Shown here: positions 9,150 to 17,260 of the stretch, in pieces
Position numbering within the stretch: the first letter of the stretch is position 1
Layout of the letters: the number at the start of each line of letters is the position of its first letter
Assembly (NCBI RefSeq): GCF_000015945.1
Contig: NC_009033.1
Span: forward strand, 1,410,001 to 1,442,000
From: Staphylothermus marinus F1
Lineage (GTDB): Archaea; Thermoproteota; Thermoprotei_A; Sulfolobales; Desulfurococcaceae
Direction: 5' to 3'
DNA length: 32,000 nt
Position numbers and translations under genes: made by a program
Notes under the pieces: generated by a model
The model's input: the letters and a program-made list of their open reading frames with translations, nothing else
Databases searched by the model: none
What the model was told of the DNA's origin: nothing

Positions 9150-9485
9150 ATGGCAAGTGATAAAGCAATCGGTTCCGGATTGCTAATATTATCTATTATA
9201 GTGATCATAGCATATATATGGCTAGTATTCTTCCCGCCCATCGCTGGTTTGGATTGGCTAGTCATTAAATTAACTAATGTTGTAATTATCCTCGTAGTAT
9301 TCGGTATACTAGCTTGGATCGGATATACTCTAGCAACTACACCACCACCCAAACCAATTGAAGAGATAGAAAAGGAAGTTGAAGAAGAACTTAAGAAATT
9401 AGAGAAAGAAAAGGAAGAAGAGAAAACAGAGGAAGAACAAACTTCAACTAAAGAAACAAGTGAAACGGCTAAGGAAGAAGGCTGA
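9150..9485 (+). CDS. Small membrane protein: two TM helices plus a highly charged Glu/Lys-rich C-terminal tail
   Basis: GLLILSIIVIIAYIWLVFF and VVIILVVFGILAWIGYTLA helices, then PPPKPIEEIEKEVEEELKKLEKEKEEEKTEEEQ... ATG start. Sits alone between the two OFOR operons. Confidence 0.55.
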   Translation: MASDKAIGSGLLILSIIVIIAYIWLVFFPPIAGLDWLVIKLTNVVIILVVFGILAWIGYTLATTPPPKPIEEIEKEVEEELKKLEKEKEEEKTEEEQTSTKETSETAKEEG

Positions 9486-9708
9486 TTAATAATACGATAA
9501 ATTACTAATATAAACTCGATCTCAGAATATTATTAGAGTTTTTTAAGTAATATCATAGTTCCTTTAAATTTTAACTGGAAAACTGGACCTTTATTCTTAT
9601 CTATTTTATGTTGATAGAAAGGTGTATTTAACTATTTGAGTCGAAGGATTAATAAGCAATACTTTACTCCAAATAATATGAGAAACACTTTTCATGGTAG
9701 TGGTGAGG

Positions 9709-10269
9709 TACATGCTTGAGGTTCGTTGGCATGGTCGTGGTGGTCAGGGTGCTTGGACTGCTGCTAATTTATTAGCAATGGCGGCTGCATATGATGGCAA
9801 GTATGTTCAGAGTTTTCCAGCATTCGGTCCGGAAAGATCTGGTGCGCCTATTCTAGCATTTACGCGTATTAGTGATGAACCAATAGATTTACATAGCATG
9901 GTGTATGAACCGGACATGGTAGTTGTATTAGATCCTACATTGTTGAAGAATGTAAACGTGGTTAGCGGTTTAAAAAAGAATGGATTAATCGTTGTTAACT
10001 ATGAAGGTGATACTGATAAACTCTATAATATGCTTGGCATTAAGAAGGGCGAATATAAAGTAGTGGTAACACCTGCTACAAAGCTAGCACTAGAGATTCT
10101 TAAGAGACCCATCACAAATACCCCCATGATCGGGGCATTAATAAAGGCTGCACCAATAGTTAGTTTTGAAAGTATAGAAAAAGCTGTGAAGAAAAGGTTC
10201 CCTGGCCCCATAGCTGAGAAAAATGTTGCATTAATAAAAGAAGCTTATAAGTTAGCTAAGGAGGTGTAA
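9709..10269 (+). CDS. porG: Pyruvate/2-ketoisovalerate:ferredoxin oxidoreductase, gamma subunit
   Basis: MLEVRWHGRGGQGAWTAANLLA...FPAFGPERSGAP is the canonical gamma N-terminus. The ORF track starts at 9694, but the ATG at 9709 is preceded by GGTGAGGT and matches the family N-terminus. POR versus VOR is not distinguishable by eye. Confidence 0.9.
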   Translation, partial: YMLEVRWHGRGGQGAWTAANLLAMAAAYDGKYVQSFPAFGPERSGAPILAFTRISDEPIDLHSMVYEPDMVVVLDPTLLKNVNVVSGLKKNGLIVVNYEGDTDKLYNMLGIKKGEYKVVVTPATKLALEILKRPITNTPMIGALIKAAPIVSFESIEKAVKKRFPGPIAEKNVALIKEAYKLAKEV

Positions 10270-10274
10270 AAGAT

Positions 10275-10565
10275 ATGGCTTCTACACCTAAAGAACCCCG
10301 TGGCTGGAAAGACTTACCTATAGGAGCAGTCCCCTATAGATTATCAACAGATTATAAAACAGGAGATTGGAGAGCGCTGAGACCAGTTGTTGATCAAGGT
10401 AAATGTGTTAAATGTATGCTGTGCTGGCTGTTCTGCCCCGACATGGCGATTATATGGGATGGAGAAAAAATCGTTGTCAACTATGATTATTGTAAAGGAT
10501 GCGGTATATGTGCACATGAATGCCCAGTTAACGCGATCAGCATGGTTCCCGAACCAACTGAGTGA
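10275..10565 (+). CDS. porD: POR/VOR delta subunit (2x[4Fe-4S] ferredoxin-like)
   Basis: Two cluster motifs, CVKCMLCWLFCP and CKGCGICAHECP. AGGAGGTG lies 7 nt upstream of the ATG. Confidence 0.9.
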   Translation: MASTPKEPRGWKDLPIGAVPYRLSTDYKTGDWRALRPVVDQGKCVKCMLCWLFCPDMAIIWDGEKIVVNYDYCKGCGICAHECPVNAISMVPEPTE

Positions 10566-10579
10566 AGAGGTGGGACTAT

Positions 10580-11839
10580 ATGACTGAAGCAGTTAAAACC
10601 CCCAAAATTCCCCCCGAAGAACAAGAACTACTAACCATTAATGGAGACGAAGCAGTAGCATATGCTGTTAAGCAGAGCTTAGTAGATGTTGTCGCAGCCT
10701 ACCCTATTACTCCGCAAACAATTATTGTTGAGAAATTCTCAGAGTTCGTGGCAAACGGCGAAGTACATACAGAGTTTGTACCAGTAGAATCAGAGCATTC
10801 AGCTATGAGTGCAGTTGTTGGAGCAGCAGCTGCTGGTGCTAGAGCTTTCACAGCAACTGCAGCTAATGGATTAGCTTTAATGTGGGAGATCCTATATATT
10901 GCTGCAAGCCTTAGATTACCTATAGTGTTAGCTGTTGCCAACCGCGCATTATCAGCTCCAATCAATATCCACTGTGATCACAGCGATGCTTATGGAATGA
11001 GGGATTCTGGATGGGTCCAATTATTCGTTGAAAACGTTCAGGAAGCATATGATACAACTATTCAAGCATTCAAGATCGCTGAAGATGAAAGAGTATTATT
11101 GCCTGTAGCAGTAAACCTTGATGGATTCTTCCTAAGCCATACACTAGAGAACATTAGGTTATTGCCTGATGAAAAAGTACATGAATTCCTAGGAGGATAC
11201 CGTAAAGTACCAAAGGTAAAAGTTGATTATTTCGATGAAGAAGTACCATTAATGCTGAACCCTGCGAGACCATTAAGCTTCGGACCATTAGATCTATATG
11301 ATTATTATTTCGAGCATAAAATGCACCAAGTAGAAGCAATGAAGAGGGTTCCAGAAGTAGTACGAGAAGTCAATGATAAATGGTATGAATTAACCGGTAG
11401 AAAGTATGGTGATGGAATACTTGTACCGTATGAGGTAGAAGATGCAGACATAGTAGTTACTGTGCTAGGAAGCACTGCTGGAACAGTTAGACATGTAGTT
11501 AAGAAGCTGAGGAGAGAAGGAAAGAAGGTGGGAATGGTTAGGATAAGAATGTTTAGACCGTTCCCCCACGAAGAACTGGCTAAGTTACTAAAAGACGCTA
11601 AGGTCGTGGGAGTGATGGATAGAGGCATAAGTTTTGGAAGCTATGGTCCAAGCTTCCTCGAGATCAATACAGCACTATATGATTACAAGGAGAAACCACT
11701 ACTAGTAAACTATGTATATGGATTAGGAGGAAGAGATGCCCCACCAGAGCTCATAGAGAAAATGTTTGAGGAATTACTAAAAGATGCGGAGAAAGGAGTT
11801 GTTGAAAACAAGCTTAGATTCCTAGGTGTGAGGGAGTAA
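10580..11839 (+). CDS. porA: POR/VOR alpha subunit
   Basis: INGDEAVAYAVKQSLVDVVAAYPITPQT (YPITP motif), SEHSAMSAVVGAAAAGARAFTATAANGLALM. The ORF track starts at the GTG at 10562. The ATG at 10580 has GAGGTGG 6 nt upstream. Confidence 0.9.
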   Translation: MTEAVKTPKIPPEEQELLTINGDEAVAYAVKQSLVDVVAAYPITPQTIIVEKFSEFVANGEVHTEFVPVESEHSAMSAVVGAAAAGARAFTATAANGLALMWEILYIAASLRLPIVLAVANRALSAPINIHCDHSDAYGMRDSGWVQLFVENVQEAYDTTIQAFKIAEDERVLLPVAVNLDGFFLSHTLENIRLLPDEKVHEFLGGYRKVPKVKVDYFDEEVPLMLNPARPLSFGPLDLYDYYFEHKMHQVEAMKRVPEVVREVNDKWYELTGRKYGDGILVPYEVEDADIVVTVLGSTAGTVRHVVKKLRREGKKVGMVRIRMFRPFPHEELAKLLKDAKVVGVMDRGISFGSYGPSFLEINTALYDYKEKPLLVNYVYGLGGRDAPPELIEKMFEELLKDAEKGVVENKLRFLGVRE

Positions 11840-11855
11840 TTAGGAGGTGGATCAT

Positions 11856-12914
11856 ATGCCTGCTCAAACCCTACCCCAAATCCCCATAAAGAAGGGAGAA
11901 CCCGCATATAAGCTGTGGATATTCGAGCCTGGATGGAAAGGAGAATTACCATTAATATTGAATCTTAGACAAATGGCTGAACAAAAAAGACCTGCAATAC
12001 TACCGGGACATAGATTATGTGCAGGATGCGCAGCACCAATAATAGTTAAACTAGCAAGCTTCGCCTTCCGCGGACCAACAATAGTTGTAAACGCTACTGG
12101 TTGCTTAGAAGTAGCAACAACAATATTCCCATATACGAGCTGGGCTGTTCCATGGATACACAACGCTTTCGAAAACTCAGCAGCTACAGCTAGCGGTGTT
12201 GAATCAGCTATTAAAGCATTTAAGAAAACAGGCAGACTACAATGGGATCACGTAGACGTAGTAGTATTTGCTGGAGATGGAGGAACATTCGATATAGGAT
12301 TACAGAGCTTAAGCGGCGCAGCTGAAAGAGGACACGACTTCCTATACATCCTATACGATAACGAAGCATATATGAACACCGGTATACAGAGAAGTGGTGG
12401 AACACCAAAATATGCATGGACAACCACAAGCCCTGTAGGAACAGTATTACCAGGTAAGACCCAGAATAAGAAGCCAATAGCAGATATAATGGTGGCTCAT
12501 AGAATACCATATGTAGCAACAGCTACTCCAGCCCACTGGCTAGACTTCATCAAAAAAGTAAGAAAAGGCATAGAAGTAAATGGTCCAGCATTCATACATG
12601 CACTTAGCAGCTGTGATCGTGGATGGAGACACGATACATCACTAACAATAGAGATATCACGTAGAGCAGTAGATACATGCTATTTCCCACTATGGGAGTG
12701 GACACCTAAGACAGGATACCTACTAACCGACCGTAGCCTAGCCATAGCAAGAAACCCCAAACTCAAACAACCAATAGAGAAATTCCTAGAAATACAAGGT
12801 AGATTCAGACACCTATTAAAACCAGAAAACAGACACTTACTCAGAGAACTACAAGAATACGTAGATAGTGTATGGGAAGACCTATTAAACCGTGCAGCGA
12901 ATGCTCCACGGTAA
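11856..12914 (+). CDS. porB: POR/VOR beta subunit (TPP-binding)
   Basis: LCAGCAAP..., VVFAGDGGTFDIGLQSLSGA (GDGG TPP motif), YDNEAYMNTGIQRS. The ATG at 11856 is preceded by TAGGAGGTG plus a 6-nt spacer; the ORF track GTG is at 11847. Confidence 0.9.
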   Translation: MPAQTLPQIPIKKGEPAYKLWIFEPGWKGELPLILNLRQMAEQKRPAILPGHRLCAGCAAPIIVKLASFAFRGPTIVVNATGCLEVATTIFPYTSWAVPWIHNAFENSAATASGVESAIKAFKKTGRLQWDHVDVVVFAGDGGTFDIGLQSLSGAAERGHDFLYILYDNEAYMNTGIQRSGGTPKYAWTTTSPVGTVLPGKTQNKKPIADIMVAHRIPYVATATPAHWLDFIKKVRKGIEVNGPAFIHALSSCDRGWRHDTSLTIEISRRAVDTCYFPLWEWTPKTGYLLTDRSLAIARNPKLKQPIEKFLEIQGRFRHLLKPENRHLLRELQEYVDSVWEDLLNRAANAPR

Positions 12915-12924
12915 TTATTTTTTA
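12915..12924 (+). terminator. Oligo-T tract immediately after the porB stop (possible archaeal intrinsic terminator)
   Basis: TAA (12912-12914) is followed by TTATTTTTTA, with a T6 run at 12918-12923. Archaeal RNAP terminates at oligo-T. Position only. Confidence 0.3.
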
Positions 12925-13033
12925 ATAATGGTTCATCAACTCTTTCTTCAAAAACTAATCTTTATAACGAGATTATGGACATTATAGATATTATTATAGA
13001 GAAACAGTCAAGTGAAATATTGAGGTAAGAAAT

Positions 13034-13357
13034 ATGAAAGAAATAATAGCATTTTTAAGAGTAGAAGCTGGCAAAGAAAAAGAAGTATTAGAAAAACTAT
13101 CAAGTCTCAACGAAGTGAGAGATGTATGTATAGTTTTTGGCGAATATGATATCATAGCACATTTTAGAGTAGATATAGAAGAAGATTTACTCCCGCAAGC
13201 AACAATTATTAAAGCACATAAAATAATATCGGAGAAGCTACACAATATAGAGGGGATTGTTGACATAGTATTTTTACCAGTAAGTGAGTCACTTATAAAA
13301 AAGAGAGGGCCTGTTCAAGTAGAAATACCTGTTCCAATAAGTAATCCAGTCGACTAG
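13034..13357 (+). CDS. Stand-alone Lrp/AsnC-type ligand-binding (RAM) domain protein, no HTH
   Basis: MKEIIAFLRVEAGKEKEVLEKLSSLNEVRDVCIVFGEYDIIAHFRV...IEGIVDIVFLPV matches the beta-alpha-beta-beta-alpha-beta RAM/AsnC_trans_reg pattern. The protein starts directly with this domain. Confidence 0.7.
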   Translation: MKEIIAFLRVEAGKEKEVLEKLSSLNEVRDVCIVFGEYDIIAHFRVDIEEDLLPQATIIKAHKIISEKLHNIEGIVDIVFLPVSESLIKKRGPVQVEIPVPISNPVD

Positions 13358-13381
13358 TCTCTTTCCTTAATATTTTATTTT

Positions 13382-13909
13382 ATGGTTACAAAAATGATCA
13401 TGTCAACGCTTGATCAGATAAAAGTTTTTCTCGAAAAAATTATGTGTAAAGATAAAACTGTTATTGCATGTGTTGGTAGCCCGCTGAGATCAGACGATCG
13501 TTTAGGTTTATTAATTTATGATAAAATAAAAGATCTAGCTAATAATAACATATCTATTATAGAGTGTGAATATGGATTAGAGAATTGTTTTACAGAAATA
13601 GTTGCAGAAAACCCAGCGACCTTATTAATCATAGATGCTGTCTATAATGAATCATTAAATCCTGGGACAACGGTTTTAACAAGTATAGAAAATATAAGAG
13701 AAAAAATATCTCTAGCAACCACACATACAATACCGTTAAGAATGATATTAGAACTAATTATGAAGAAAACCAACATAAAGAATACTTACATACTAGGCAT
13801 AAGAGCTAAAAACCTCGATATAGGTATGCATGTTTCTCCAGAAATTAAAAAAGTAGTAGAGGATTTCGCTAAAATACTTAAAGAAATAATTACTTCTTGC
13901 GGAAAGTAA
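13382..13909 (+). CDS. hycI: Hydrogenase maturation endopeptidase (HycI/peptidase A31-like)
   Basis: VIACVGSPLRSDDRLGLLIYDKI (GNxxxxDDxxG-like motif), LLIIDAV (conserved Asp) and SLATTHTIPL (conserved His) in the HycI order and spacing; about 170 aa. Several in-frame ATGs at the 5' end. Confidence 0.7.
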   Translation: MVTKMIMSTLDQIKVFLEKIMCKDKTVIACVGSPLRSDDRLGLLIYDKIKDLANNNISIIECEYGLENCFTEIVAENPATLLIIDAVYNESLNPGTTVLTSIENIREKISLATTHTIPLRMILELIMKKTNIKNTYILGIRAKNLDIGMHVSPEIKKVVEDFAKILKEIITSCGK

Positions 13910-14999
13910 TTATTTCTGAAAACAATAGTGGAGAAACAATTAAAGTCTTAAATAAAAGTCTCATATGCTTATCATAATCAATCTCGCTAAGTAAGCCTAC
14001 TTCATGAATTTTTGAAACAATAACAGATGGTATCCAATACCCTATTGTTCTTGATAATTTGGACAAATAGTATTCTAGGACGAAATCTCTTCTAATAAAG
14101 CTATAGTAGTTGCTGAGTTCTTTAATATTATCTTCATCAACGGATTTTCCGAGAACAGGAGCATAAATAGATATACCATGCAATCCTCCTCCAGTATATG
14201 TTTTAGTTAATGGTATAGAGTCCCCGACAAAGAATATTTTATTCTTGAACCCCGGCTTACTAAGGGGTTTATCGAAAGGGATTAATCCACCAAATGTTTT
14301 AATAGTCGATCCAGCACTAACCCCCACCTTACTAATTATTTTATAGAATATCTTTTCAGGATCAACCATATGCTTTGTTGTTCCATAACCTATCAATGCT
14401 ATATCGTAGTCTAGAGGAACAAACCACTTGAAAAACTTTGGTGTATAATTATTGTATAATACATGGAAAACATGTGGATCAACATTACTTGTTCTAATAA
14501 GTCTCTGCACACCATATATGTAGTTCTTTATTTTCCCAAAATATCTTAGTCTAAATACACTGCTTGCTCCATCACTAGCTATTATTTTGTCCACAAGAAA
14601 TGATCTATCTCCAGCCCTGAAACCCCCCAGTTTCACTCCAGGCTTCACACGAACACCAAAATATACAACATGCCCCAAACCATATACCTTATCCAATAAC
14701 TTCTCCTCTAGAAGGGGGCGCTTGATATGATAAGCTATGGGTTTCCTAAAATACAGCTTGAATACGCCCATTGGAGTATGAAAAAATATACTGTAAAAAA
14801 CATTATCTATAATTTTCCATCCGAGAATCTTTGTAAAAAAACTCGCTGTTTCAACACCGATTAACCCTGTGCAGTGTTCTGGCACACCTACTTGTTTATG
14901 TTCTTCAAAAATATAGGCATCGTTGTTGCGAATGAATAAGCTTGTTAAGAGCCCTGCTGGTCCTGCACCTATTACTGCTATTCTACCATATTGGATCAT
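13890..14999 (-). CDS. FAD-dependent oxidoreductase of the geranylgeranyl reductase family (short paralogue)
   Basis: N-terminal Rossmann IAVIGAGPAGLL..IFEE, HCTGLIG, C-terminal FVGDS. 369 aa, and lacks the long C-terminal helical domain of the 466-aa paralogue at 22725. The 3' end overlaps hycI by 20 nt (convergent). Confidence 0.7.
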   Translation of the reverse strand: MIQYGRIAVIGAGPAGLLTSLFIRNNDAYIFEEHKQVGVPEHCTGLIGVETASFFTKILGWKIIDNVFYSIFFHTPMGVFKLYFRKPIAYHIKRPLLEEKLLDKVYGLGHVVYFGVRVKPGVKLGGFRAGDRSFLVDKIIASDGASSVFRLRYFGKIKNYIYGVQRLIRTSNVDPHVFHVLYNNYTPKFFKWFVPLDYDIALIGYGTTKHMVDPEKIFYKIISKVGVSAGSTIKTFGGLIPFDKPLSKPGFKNKIFFVGDSIPLTKTYTGGGLHGISIYAPVLGKSVDEDNIKELSNYYSFIRRDFVLEYYLSKLSRTIGYWIPSVIVSKIHEVGLLSEIDYDKHMRLLFKTLIVSPLLFSEIITFRKK

Positions 15000-15002
15000 C
15001 TA

Positions 15003-15410
15003 CTATACCCATTCATAGCTTCTATCACTTGTTTTAAGCGTATATTTCTTAGCTCTTAAACTTTTCACTATATAAAGATAAGCAGACACAGGATCACCTG
15101 TTTCTCCACAAGTATACACATCTACCGTTGCGAAACCATATTCTGGCCATGTATGTATTGATATATGGCTCTCCAAAACTATCCCCACAACGCTAACACC
15201 TGGACTAATACGCCACGCTTTAACATCCAGTAATGTAAATCCCCCTATTTCTGAAGCTTTTCTAACTATTTCTACAAGTTTTTCAGCATCACTTAGAATC
15301 TCCGGATCACAGCCGTATAGTTCGCCGTATACGTGTTTGCCGATGACTGGCTTCTCAGTGTTTTCTTTTAATAACATTTCTCTCTCCATAAGCATATTCA
15401 TCACCTCCAC
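15003..15410 (-). CDS. speH: Pyruvoyl-dependent S-adenosylmethionine decarboxylase proenzyme family (SpeH-type; could be the crenarchaeal arginine-decarboxylase paralogue)
   Basis: GKHVYGELYGCD..., VLESHISIHTWPEYGFATVDVYTCG (self-cleavage Glu-Ser site and HTWPE motif). GTG at 15410. The ATGs at 15401/15395 follow a GGAGGTGA motif. Confidence 0.85.
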   Translation of the reverse strand: MEVMNMLMEREMLLKENTEKPVIGKHVYGELYGCDPEILSDAEKLVEIVRKASEIGGFTLLDVKAWRISPGVSVVGIVLESHISIHTWPEYGFATVDVYTCGETGDPVSAYLYIVKSLRAKKYTLKTSDRSYEWV

Positions 15411-15419
15411 ATATAGTTT

Positions 15420-15493
15420 CCCCGGGGGATAATAAAAATATTCCCCCCTCTCCCCAACAATATTTTTCTAAAGAAGTTCTCCCCCGGGGATAA
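15420..15493. promoter_or_regulatory. Two copies of a palindrome-containing 13-mer (CCCCGGGGGATAA / CCCCCGGGGATAA), 61 bp apart, in the speH/mutase divergent intergenic region
   Basis: Copy 1 is at 15420-15432 and copy 2 at 15481-15493. Copy 1 abuts the TATA-like TATTTTTATTAT (minus strand, 15429-15440). On that strand it lies between this TATA and the speH start, the classic position for an archaeal repressor operator. Confidence 0.35.
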
Positions 15494-15649
15494 AGAGTTG
15501 TATGAAGCTAATAATTAAATAATACCACTAATATGTCACGGTCTCTTTCAACATATTGAACTAACTAAATAAAACATTTTTATCATTAATATTATCTATG
15601 CAAGCACTAATCAGTACTGAATCCTGCTAAGTATTAGAAGGTGACACAT

Positions 15650-17050
15650 ATGAAGTTGTTTGGAACAGCAGGCATAAGAAAAAAATACCCCGACAACCTC
15701 GATCCTATACTAGCTTATAAGCTTGGTTTGGCAGTGGCAGGAATTCGTGGTTGGAGAAGAGCATATATAGTTTATGATTCCCGAACTACTAATCATTTAT
15801 TCACTTATAGTATAGCTTCAGGTCTTATGGCTGGAGGAATTGATACATTCATTATAGGCTTAGCTCCAACACCCATAGCTGGATATGCGGCTATGAAGTA
15901 TGGCTCACTAGGAATATCTGTTACGGCAAGCCATAATCCTCCAGAATATAATGGGTTTAAATTCTATGACGATGAAGGATATGAGTTTACAAGGGAGCTA
16001 GAAGCAGTTGTTGAGAAGAGAATAGATGAAAAAATAGAACCTGTTAATTGGAGCAATGTTGGACGAATAAGTTATCGGCCGGAGATAGTAGAGGAGTATA
16101 TTCATGATATGATACAGAAAATTAATATAGAGAAAAAAAGTTGGAACCCATATATAGTTGTTGACCTAGCCAATGGAGCAGCATATAATGTAACTCCTAG
16201 AATTATACGATTACTTGGAGGTAAACCATTAACAATAAACGCTAACCCAGACGGATTCTTTCCCGTAAGACCGCCTGAACCACGTAAAGATGCTTTAGAA
16301 AAATATCTTGACCTATATAGATCAGTTAACCCACCACTAATACTAGCTCACGATGGCGACGCTGATCGGCTAGCTGTCCTAGACCCGTATAAAGGGTTTA
16401 TTAGACAAGATAGAATAATAGCATTCTACGCTTATCTATTATTACAAGATAGAAAAGGAAAAGTAATTGTTTCAATCGATACAGGAAGAGTAGTCGATGA
16501 AATAGTAGAGAGAATGAATGGACAAATAGAAAGATATATTCTAGGCAAGACTCATGAAAGAGTAAAACAACTCGGCAAAAACAATATTGTATTAGCAGCT
16601 GAGCCCTGGAAACTAATTGATCCAAAATGGGGTCCATGGGTTGATGGCATATGGCAAGTTGCATTACTCACTAAAGAAGTAATAGAGAGAGGTAAACCAT
16701 TACTGAAAGTACTTGATGAAGAAAAAATACCTGATTACCCATGGGATAGGAGAAGCTATAAGATAAAACCTGTAGAGAAAAGAGAGGTTATCTATGAGGA
16801 ACTAGTCGAGGAGCTCAAAACGCTTCTCGGAGAACCATTAAATGTATTAACAATAGATGGTTATAGATATGAATACAAAGATTACTCGTGGATACTTATA
16901 CGTAAAAGCGGGACAGAACCAAAGATAAGAGTCTATATGGAAGCCTTAACAAGGACTAGACTAGAAGAAATGATTAACAAGTTTGAAGACAAGTTAATAG
17001 AGATAATTAAAAAACACGGTGCCAGAATAGTTGAGAAAACAATAGGATAA
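15650..17050 (+). CDS. Phosphohexomutase family enzyme (phosphoglucomutase/phosphomannomutase or phosphoglucosamine mutase)
   Basis: MKLFGTAGIRK, active-site loop GISVTASHNPPEYNGFKF, Mg site AHDGDADR, and C-terminal IRKSGTEPKIRVY phosphate-binding loop. The ORF track starts at the GTG at 15641; the ATG at 15650 matches the family N-terminus. Confidence 0.85.
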   Translation: MKLFGTAGIRKKYPDNLDPILAYKLGLAVAGIRGWRRAYIVYDSRTTNHLFTYSIASGLMAGGIDTFIIGLAPTPIAGYAAMKYGSLGISVTASHNPPEYNGFKFYDDEGYEFTRELEAVVEKRIDEKIEPVNWSNVGRISYRPEIVEEYIHDMIQKINIEKKSWNPYIVVDLANGAAYNVTPRIIRLLGGKPLTINANPDGFFPVRPPEPRKDALEKYLDLYRSVNPPLILAHDGDADRLAVLDPYKGFIRQDRIIAFYAYLLLQDRKGKVIVSIDTGRVVDEIVERMNGQIERYILGKTHERVKQLGKNNIVLAAEPWKLIDPKWGPWVDGIWQVALLTKEVIERGKPLLKVLDEEKIPDYPWDRRSYKIKPVEKREVIYEELVEELKTLLGEPLNVLTIDGYRYEYKDYSWILIRKSGTEPKIRVYMEALTRTRLEEMINKFEDKLIEIIKKHGARIVEKTIG

Positions 17051-17233
17051 CTACTTTAGTAAACCTTTTTTCTTCAACAACGAGCTAACTTTTACTCTAT
17101 CAACTAAATCCTCATCTCTAAGTGTATTGAGAAACCTCCTAGCTTCGTCACGTATGCCTGGATCTAAATCTTTAAGTATTTGTTCAATGATCTTCCTACG
17201 ATCAATAGTTTTTCCGGGTTTGAAAAGAGACAA
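17051..17233 (-). CDS. Small basic/helical hypothetical protein (60 aa)
   Basis: ORF with an ATG start 27 nt downstream of the amidohydrolase stop on the same strand. Charged helical sequence. No motif recognised, so it could be spurious. Confidence 0.35.
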   Translation of the reverse strand: MSLFKPGKTIDRRKIIEQILKDLDPGIRDEARRFLNTLRDEDLVDRVKVSSLLKKKGLLK

Positions 17234-17260
17234 GGCATTCCTCCCCGAATATATTTTGTG

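Noticed and set aside
9355-9485. GAA/AAG-rich stretch that looks repetitive (possible tandem repeat)
   Set aside because: It is in-frame coding sequence for the Glu/Lys-rich tail of the 111-aa membrane protein. There is no exact repeat unit and no spacer/repeat periodicity, so it is not a CRISPR or a satellite.
10387-10587. 66-aa alternative-frame ORF inside porD
   Set aside because: It lies in a different frame of a gene whose annotated frame carries two perfect CxxCxxCxxxCP ferredoxin motifs. There is no independent signal.
12933-12939. Minus-strand UUGAUGA (C-box-like) just after the porB stop
   Set aside because: No CUGA follows within ~60 nt on that strand, and the region would run antisense into porB. 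It is most likely a chance match.
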